64,000 nucleotides of DNA, taken from assembly GCA_963754225.1 (NCBI GenBank), contig CAVWEV010000005.1, forward strand, positions 282,282 through 346,281, read 5' to 3'. Every line of letters begins with the position of its first letter. Position 1 is the stretch's first letter. Below, piece after piece: positions 58,031 to 64,000 of this stretch. The position numbers and the translations under genes were made by a program. The DNA comes from an uncultured Thermoleophilia bacterium (lineage in GTDB: Bacteria > Actinomycetota > Thermoleophilia > Solirubrobacterales > 70-9). The notes under the pieces were generated by a model, which saw only the letters and a program-made list of their open reading frames with translations, was not told the DNA's origin and searched no databases.

Positions 58031-58873
58031 CCGCTTCTCCCAACGTGCGGTGGCGATGCGCGAGCCGGCGAGCCGGCGGAACCCCGCCGCCAGCGCGAAG
58101 CCTGCGCCTCCGAGCGTGGCGATCGCGGCGCCGGGGGGGACGTCCAGCTGGTAGGCGATCCACAGGCCGGCCAGCCCCTCGGCGAGGCCGATCGCGCCCG
58201 CGAGCAGCTCGAGCGAGCGGACGCTGCCCGCGAACAGCCGGGCGGTTGCCGCGGGAGTGACGAGGATCGCGCTGACGAGCAGGGCGCCGACCGCGTCTAC
58301 TGCGGCGACGACAGCGATCGCGATCGCGACGAGGAGCGCCCAGTCGGCGAACGCCGCCCGCCCTCGTAGCGCCGAGCTGCCGGTCGCATCGAAGCCGGTT
58401 GCGATCCACACCCTGCGACAGGTCGCCGCGGCGAGCAGGACCACTCCCAGCGCCGCGCCCGTGACCGCCAGCTCGTCCTCTCCGATCGCGAGCAGCGTGC
58501 CGAACAGCAGCTGATCGACCCCGGCCCCGGACTCGAACACGTCGCTGGCGAGCACGGTGCCGATCGCCAGCGCGGCGACCAGCAGGAGAGCGGTGGCAAC
58601 GTCGTAGGCCATGCGCGTCGAGCGACTGAGTCGCTCGAGTCCGGCGGCGAAGCCGAGCCCGGTTCCGAGCGCGGCGAGTGGGGGCGCGATGCCCGCAGGG
58701 CCGGCGACGACCAGGCCGGGGAACGTCGCGGCACCGACCCCGTGCGTGTAGAACGCGAGATGGCGAAGCACGATCTGGGCACCCAGCAGCCCGGCCAGCG
58801 GCGCCAGCAGGACGATCTCGAAGGCGGCGCGCTGGAGGAACGGAAGCTGGAATGGATCGAGCAGGTCTGACAC
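58028..58873 (-). CDS. metal ABC transporter permease, ABC-3 family (second copy)
   Basis: Intact 281-aa polytopic ORF, paralogous in layout to 56425..57288. Confidence 0.8.
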   Translation of the reverse strand: MSDLLDPFQLPFLQRAAFEIVLLAPLAGLLGAQIVLRHLAFYTHGVGAATFPGLVVAGPAGIAPPLAALGTGLGFAAGLERLSRSTRMAYDVATALLLVAALAIGTVLASDVFESGAGVDQLLFGTLLAIGEDELAVTGAALGVVLLAAATCRRVWIATGFDATGSSALRGRAAFADWALLVAIAIAVVAAVDAVGALLVSAILVTPAATARLFAGSVRSLELLAGAIGLAEGLAGLWIAYQLDVPPGAAIATLGGAGFALAAGFRRLAGSRIATARWEKR

Positions 58874-58921
58874 GTGGGCGGGGTGGCTAGGGTGGGAACG
58901 AGTCTCGGTCTTCGTCCATCC

Positions 58922-58939
58922 TGAGAATGATTATCCTGA
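58922..58939. promoter_or_regulatory. Zur/Fur-box candidate in the divergent zur / permease promoter region
   Basis: TGAGAATGATTATCCTGA resembles the actinobacterial Zur box core TGAAAATGATTTTCA. Confidence 0.55.
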
Positions 58940-58948
58940 TTGGCATCG

Positions 58949-59455
58949 ATGCCTAGGGCCAAGGCGAAAGCCCCAAAGAGCGCGAACACGGCGAGCATCG
59001 CCTCGCCGCCCGCGGACCGCTGGGTCGAGTCCGCGGAGGTGGCGCTTCGCCAGGCCGGCCACCGCTCGAGCGTCCCCCGCTCGGCCGTGGTCGAGTTGAT
59101 CGGCAAACAGGACTGCGTCCTGACCGCGCACGAGATCGCCGATGAGCTCCGCCGGCGCGGGCGCGAGGTGGGCACGGCGACCGTCTACCGAACGCTTGAG
59201 CTCCTCGAGGAGCTGAAGCTCGTCCAGCGCCTCGACGTGGGCGGCACCTCGGCTCGCTACGAGCCGGCGCTCCCCGGCGGGGAGCACCATCACCATCATC
59301 TCGTCTGCGATAGCTGCGGCCGCGTGACGCCGTTCGAGGACCCACGCCTCGAGCGGGCGATCGAATCGCTCGCCAGCCGGCTCGACTACCGCGTCGGAGA
59401 CCACGACGTGATCCTCAAGGGCAAGTGCCCCACGTGCGCGAGAGTGCCCGCGTGA
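58949..59455 (+). CDS. zur: Fur-family metalloregulator (Zur-like)
   Basis: ..PRSAVVELIGKQDCVLTAHEIADELRR..TATVYRTLELLEELKLV..HHHHHLVCDSCGRV..KGKCPTCA (HHxH plus two CxxC). Confidence 0.8.
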   Translation: MPRAKAKAPKSANTASIASPPADRWVESAEVALRQAGHRSSVPRSAVVELIGKQDCVLTAHEIADELRRRGREVGTATVYRTLELLEELKLVQRLDVGGTSARYEPALPGGEHHHHHLVCDSCGRVTPFEDPRLERAIESLASRLDYRVGDHDVILKGKCPTCARVPA

Positions 59456-59461
59456 CGGGTG

Positions 59462-60406
59462 TTACCCGCCGGCCCGCACGTCGCAGCTCCGCTCGCCGCC
59501 GCTGAACCCCTCCGCCAGCGTGGCGACGTTCGTTGCCATCGCGTCGATGTAGGTCGCGGCTCCTGAGCCCTCCGGCCCGAGTGTGTCGGCCCATAGCTCG
59601 CCGCCGATCTCCGCCCCCGTCTCGTCGGCGATTGCTTGCTCGAGATCAGTGTTGACTCCGGCCTCGGGGAAGACCGCGTTCACGCCCTCGCTGCGGATCA
59701 GATCCACCAGCTCGGCCGTCTCACCCGCGGACGGCTGCGCCTGTGTGGTGAGTGCGGGAATGGCAGAGCCCACGACCTCGACGTCGTAGCGGTCGGCGAA
59801 GTAGCCGAGCGCGTCGTGGCTGGTGACCAGCTTGCGCTCGTCTTCGGGGATGGCCTTCATGCAGTCGGCGATCTGGTCGTCCATGTTCTCGAGCTGAGCG
59901 GTGTACTCGTCCGCGTTCGCCTGGTAGTCATGGCGTCCGTCGGGGTCGACCTCGATCAGCCGATCGCGGATCGCCTCGACCGCGAGGACCGCGTTCCGCG
60001 GGTTCTCCCACCAGTGGGGGTCGGTCTCCTCGTCCTCATGGGCCGCGCCCTCGATCGTGTGCACCGAGTCGATCAGCGTCGCCACCGGGGCGTCGCTGCC
60101 CGAGCTTTCGATCACCTCGTCGAGCCACAGGTCGACGTCGCCTCCGGACTGCACGACGAGATCGGCCTCCGCGAGCGACTCTGCGTCGCTCGGCCGTGGC
60201 TCGTAGTCGTGGGGGTCGGAGTTGGCGCTCAGGATCCCGATCACCTCGGCGCGGTCGCCCGCCACATTGCGCACGAGGTCGGCGACCTCGGTGGTGGTCG
60301 CGACCACCGTTACGTCGGCGCTCCCGCCGTCATCGTCGCCACCGCACGCGACCGCGGTGAGCGAAAGCACTCCCGCCAGAGCGAAAATGAGAATCATTCG
60401 CAGCAT
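59462..60406 (-). CDS. metal ABC transporter substrate-binding lipoprotein (ZnuA/TroA family)
   Basis: Lipobox LTAVACGG; ..DPHDYEPRPSD..; acidic/His loop GAAHEDEETDPHWW. Start could be ATG at 60406 or 60397. Confidence 0.8.
   Translation of the reverse strand: MLRMILIFALAGVLSLTAVACGGDDDGGSADVTVVATTTEVADLVRNVAGDRAEVIGILSANSDPHDYEPRPSDAESLAEADLVVQSGGDVDLWLDEVIESSGSDAPVATLIDSVHTIEGAAHEDEETDPHWWENPRNAVLAVEAIRDRLIEVDPDGRHDYQANADEYTAQLENMDDQIADCMKAIPEDERKLVTSHDALGYFADRYDVEVVGSAIPALTTQAQPSAGETAELVDLIRSEGVNAVFPEAGVNTDLEQAIADETGAEIGGELWADTLGPEGSGAATYIDAMATNVATLAEGFSGGERSCDVRAGG
60384..60403. promoter_or_regulatory. second Zur-box candidate overlapping the znuA-like start region
   Basis: Minus strand reads TGCGAATGATTCTCATTTTC and shares GAATGATTnTC with the 58922 site. 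Confidence 0.4.
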
Positions 60407-60485
60407 TGAGGCGACCACTATAACGAGGGCCGCGGCCGCGTGTGCACGTGAACCACGGCCCTCGCGCCTCCGTAATACTCACGAC

Positions 60486-60614
60486 ATGGCGCTGCCGCTC
60501 GCTCACGCCGGCCACTGGGCGCTCTACGTCCTGTACGCGGTCCCGATCCTGATCGTGCTGGGCTCGATCATCGCGAACATGCTCAAGGACCGCCGCCGCG
60601 GCCGCGAGAACTAG
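60486..60614 (+). CDS. small membrane protein (42 aa), hypothetical
   Basis: [42 protein letters not shown], the tail of track ORF 60222..60614. Confidence 0.3.
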   Translation: MALPLAHAGHWALYVLYAVPILIVLGSIIANMLKDRRRGREN

Positions 60615-61811
60615 GAAGCGGTCTCGAGGATCTCGGCGAGCCGGCGCTCGAGCGCCGCCGACAGCGCCGTCGCGGACCGGGCCCTCGGGGGCCCGCTCGG
60701 CGAGCGCCTGCAGGAAGCCGTCGATGATCAGCCGCTTGGCCTGCGGCTCCGGCAGGCCGCGCGCGCGCAGGTAGTAGAGCTGCTCGCGGTCGACCTGGGC
60801 GACCGCGGCCGCGTGGGTGCAGCGGACGTCGTTGGCCTCGATCTCGAGCCCCGGGATCGCGTCGGCGTGCGCCCGCTTGCGAGAGCAGCAGGTTGCGGCT
60901 CTCCTGGAAGGCGTCGGTCTGCTGGGCGCCGGGATCGACGCGGATCATCCCGCGCCACACGGCGGTCGCGCGGTCGGCGAGCACGCCGCGGAAGGCGAGG
61001 TCCGAGGTCGTGTGCGGCGCGGCGTGCTCCTGGGTCGTGTCGAAGTCGAGGTGCTGGCGCCCGCGCCCGGCGTAGGCGCCGGTCACCTTCGCGCTCGAGC
61101 CCGCGGCCGGCGAGCTTGGTCTCCATCCGCACCTTGCCGCGCGCCGAGCCGAAGCCGAGCGCGACCCACTCCAGCGAGGCGTCGCGCTCGAGCTCGGCGC
61201 GCTGGGTCGCGAACACCCAGCTGTCGCTCGGACAGCTCCTGCTCGCAGACGTAGCGCAGGTTGGCGCCCGGCGCCGAGCGACGAGCTCGACGACGCCGTT
61301 GAAGAGCCCCGGCGCCGTCGCCGCCGGAGCCGTAGCTGCTCCCAGACCTCGGCCTCGGCGCCCTCCTCGAGCACGATCAGGGTGCGCCAGTCGAGCCGCG
61401 TGCCCTCGGCGCCCGGCTCGACCGAGAGCCGGACGGGCTCCTCCAGCGCGCTGCCCGCGCGGGCACGTAGACGAGCACGCCGCTGCGCCACTCGGCCTCG
61501 TTGCGGGCGACGAACGGGTCGTCCGCGCGGGACCACCGAGCCGAAGCGCTCCCGGACGCAGGTCCGAGCGCTCGGTCGCCACGGCGGCGTCGAGCGACGT
61601 GCGCCCTCGGCGCCGCCACCGTCGCCTCGACCGCTCGACCGACCCTGGCTCGGACGGGTAGGCGTCGAGGTCGAGCTCGGAGAGGTCGGTGAACTCCCAG
61701 CCCTTCGCCTTCGGGTCGGGCAGCGCCAGCTCCTGAGCGAGAGAGGCGCCCTTGCGGCGCCTCTCGATGAGCCAATCCGGCTCCGCTTGCGCCGTCGCGG
61801 ACGCTAGCCAA
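60611..61811 (-). CDS. sufD: Fe-S cluster assembly protein SufD; heavily frame-disrupted
   Basis: Fragments in three frames: [131 protein letters not shown], ..[29 protein letters not shown].. Confidence 0.75.
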
Positions 61812-63264
61812 TCGATCCTTCCATCTGCAGCTCGATCAGGCGGTTCATCTCGACCGCGTACTCCATCGGCAGCTCCTTGGTGATCGGCTCGATGAACCCG
61901 TTGACGATCGTCTTCGAGGCCTCCTCCTCGCTCAGCCCGTGCGCCTGGAGGTAGAAGAGCTGCTCCTCGCCGATCTTCGACACCGAGGCCTCGTGGCCGA
62001 CGTTGGCGTCGCTCTCGTCGATCCGGATCGTCGGGTAGGTGTCGGAGCGCGACTCCTCGTCGAGCAGCAGCGCGTCGCACACGACCTTCGAGCGCGCCTC
62101 GGTGGCGCCCTTGGCGACCTCGAGCAGGCCGCGGTAGGTGCCGCGCCCGCCGTCCTTGGAGATCGACTTGGCGAAGATCGACGAGGTCGTCTTCGGCGCC
62201 CCGTGGATGATCTTGCCGCCGGCGTCCTGGTGCTGGCCCTTGCCGGCGAAGGCGATCGAGAGGATCTCGCCGTGCGCCTCGGGGCCGAGCAGGTAGATCG
62301 ACGGGTACTTCATCGTCAGCTTCGAGCCCAGGTTGCAGTCGACCCACTCCATCGTCGCGCCCTCCTGGGCGATGGCGCGCTTGGTGACCAGGTTGAAGAC
62401 GTTCTGGGACCAGTTCTGGACCGTCGTGTAGCGGACCTTGGCGCCCGGCTTGACGACGATCTCGACCACCGCCGAGTGCAGCGAGTCGGTCGAGTAGACC
62501 GGCGCCGTGCAGCCCTCGATGTAGTGCACGTCCGAGCCCTCCTCGGCGATGATCAGCGTGCGCTCGAACTGGCCCATGTTCTCGGTGTTGATCCGGAAGT
62601 AGGCCTGGAGCGGCATCTCGACCTTGGCGCCCTTCGGGCACGTAGACGAACGAGCCGCCCGACCACACGGCCGAGTTGAGCGCCGCGAGCTTGTTGTCGT
62701 TCGGCGGGATCACGGTCGCCCAGTGCTCGCGCACGATGTCCTCGTACTCGCGCAGCCCGGAGTCCATGTCGAGGAAGACCACGCCCTGCTTCTCGAGGTC
62801 CTCGCGGATCTGGTGGTAGACGACCTCGGACTCGTACTGGGCGCCGACCCCGGCCAGGAAGTCGCGCTCGGCCTCGGGGATGCCGAGGCGGTCGAAGGTC
62901 TTCTTGATGTCCTCGGGGACCTCGTCCCAGCTGCGGCTCTGCTTCTCGGAGGCGCGGACGAAGTAGTGGATGTTGTTCCAGTCGATCTGGCCGAGGTTGC
63001 CGCCCCAGGTCGGCGTCGGGCGCTGCCTCGAAGTGGTCCAGCGCCTTGAGCCGGAACTCGCGCATCCACTCGGGCTCGTCCTTGTACTCGGAGATCGACT
63101 CGACGACCTCGCGCGGAGAGGCCCTTGGGCGCCTTGTAGGCGTAGTCGCTCTCGGGATCGTGGAAGCCGAACTTCTCCTCGTAGTCGGCGCCGATGTCCT
63201 TCAGCGCGTCCTGCTCGGCGAGCTTCGGGTCCAGCTCCTTGATCTTCGTCTCGGGCGTTGCCAT
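61804..63264 (-). CDS. sufB: Fe-S cluster assembly protein SufB; frame-disrupted (at least 3 changes)
   Basis: [32 protein letters not shown] / [13 protein letters not shown] / [49 protein letters not shown] / [49 protein letters not shown]. Spread over track ORFs 62710..63264, 62553..63065, 60728..62782 and 61804..62616. Confidence 0.85.
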
Positions 63265-63265
63265 G

Positions 63266-63613
63266 TCAGTCGACCTCCAGCTTCACGTCGCCGTCCTCGA
63301 CCCGGGCCTCGAAGGTCTCCACCGGGACGTAGGCGGGGAGGGTCTTCGGCCTACCGCTGCGCAGGTCGAACAGCGAGCCGTGACGCGGGCATTCCACTGT
63401 ACAGGCGGCGGCGTCGAACTCCCCCTCGGCGAGCGGCCCGTCGTCGTGCGAGCAGCGATCCTCGATCGCGTACAGCTCGCCGTCGTCGGCGTGGAAGACG
63501 CCGATCTTGCGCCCGTCCTCGGCCTCCACGAGGCGCATCGCGCCCTCGGGAAGCTCGTCGAGCCGGCATACGGTGATCGTGTCGGTCAATGCGGTGGTTG
63601 TGCCCGTCGTCAC
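63266..63613 (-). CDS. Rieske-type [2Fe-2S] ferredoxin (suf-associated)
   Basis: CSHDDGPL ... CPRHGSLFDL (CxH/CxxH ligands). Intact 115 aa, ending 1 nt before sufB. Confidence 0.8.
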   Translation of the reverse strand: MTTGTTTALTDTITVCRLDELPEGAMRLVEAEDGRKIGVFHADDGELYAIEDRCSHDDGPLAEGEFDAAACTVECPRHGSLFDLRSGRPKTLPAYVPVETFEARVEDGDVKLEVD

Positions 63614-63689
63614 GTTATTCCTACCTCGGAAGTCGGATTTTAGCGAGGCGGCCGGTTGGAGGGGCGACGGCGCCGCTTAAGATCCTCGT

Positions 63690-64000
63690 GGTGACGCAGC
63701 TGGACGTGCGCACGCAGACCGGCCTGCCGCGCAGCCTGCCGGCTGGTTGCCGGACCGCGATCTTCGTGCTCGGGTCGTGCTTTCACCGACGCCTGCGCGT
63801 GCGCCGCACCGAGATCGTGGTCGACGGCGTGGCCACCGAGGCGACGGCGCAGGGCATGCCTCGCCTCGATCTCTACCGGGCGCTGCCCGACGCCCACAGC
63901 TACAGGAGCGGGTTCTGGGCGATCGTCCCGGTCGAGGCTCCGCGCGCGGGCGAGATCGAGGTGGCGGTCAGGGCGACGCTCGCGGACGGAAGCACCGCCG
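63690..64000 (+). CDS. hypothetical protein, N-terminal part (runs off window end)
   Basis: My translation from GTG at 63690: VTQLDVRTQTGLPRSLPAGCRTAIFVLGSCFHRRLRVRRTEIVVDGVATEATAQGMPRLDLYRALPDAHSYRSGFWAIVPVEAP.. Open to the window end. Confidence 0.3.

Noticed and set aside
1-64000. Search for integrase, transposase, relaxase, IS inverted repeats, phage genes, rRNA, and toxin-antitoxin or defence-system signatures.
   Set aside because: None of the six-frame ORFs shows tyrosine or serine recombinase, DDE transposase, or typical defence-system motifs. Absence is by eye only and should be confirmed with HMM searches.

Overview
Very GC-rich, Actinobacteriota-like chromosomal segment; the taxon is inferred from gene content and GGAGG-type ribosome binding sites. 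I support about 70 genes.

Gene content, in order:
- addB/addA-like helicase-nuclease pair, 1-4.4 kb.
- Small housekeeping genes: HAD hydrolase, FxsA and a DUF59/SufT-like gene, 4.4-7.3 kb.
- A patatin lipase followed by a cluster of unusual low-complexity and repeat proteins with an SRPBCC protein, 7.4-17.4 kb.
- A CaCA cation antiporter.
- A KaiC-like ATPase, a MerR-receiver hybrid and a SigB/F-type sigma factor, 19.0-22.1 kb.
- A complete group 1h (high-affinity, Actinobacteria-type) [NiFe]-hydrogenase locus with hypABCDEF, maturation protease, nickel permease and several conserved unknown genes, 22.9-38.6 kb.
- A cellulose-synthase-like GT2 synthase, 39.7-42.7 kb.
- Small membrane proteins, a PhoD-like phosphatase, WS/DGAT, an M28 peptidase, a GH3 hydrolase, ispH and an MFS pump.
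- A Zur-controlled zinc ABC uptake system, 56.4-60.4 kb.
- A Rieske-sufB-sufD block, 60.6-63.6 kb.

Main unexplained structure: the last ~40-60 nt of the DUF59/SufT-like gene recurs in direct orientation. There are four well-preserved copies (7.3, 18.9, 22.3 and 39.3 kb) and one decayed copy (42.8 kb). The copies have conserved flanks and nearby TGCAACCC doublets. Together they cut 35 kb into four cassette-like modules: stress proteins, the KaiC/sigma module, the hydrogenase locus and the GT2 synthase. No recombinase gene is visible.

Second signal: a SigB-type promoter motif (GTTTNN-N13/14-GGGTAA/C) occurs five times upstream of the odd stress and membrane genes.

Caveat: at least 18 genes, including sufB and sufD, need one or more frame changes to be read through. 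Coordinates of those genes are approximate and the cause is unresolved (assembly indels versus decay). No rRNA, convincing tRNA, CRISPR array, transposase or integrase was found.
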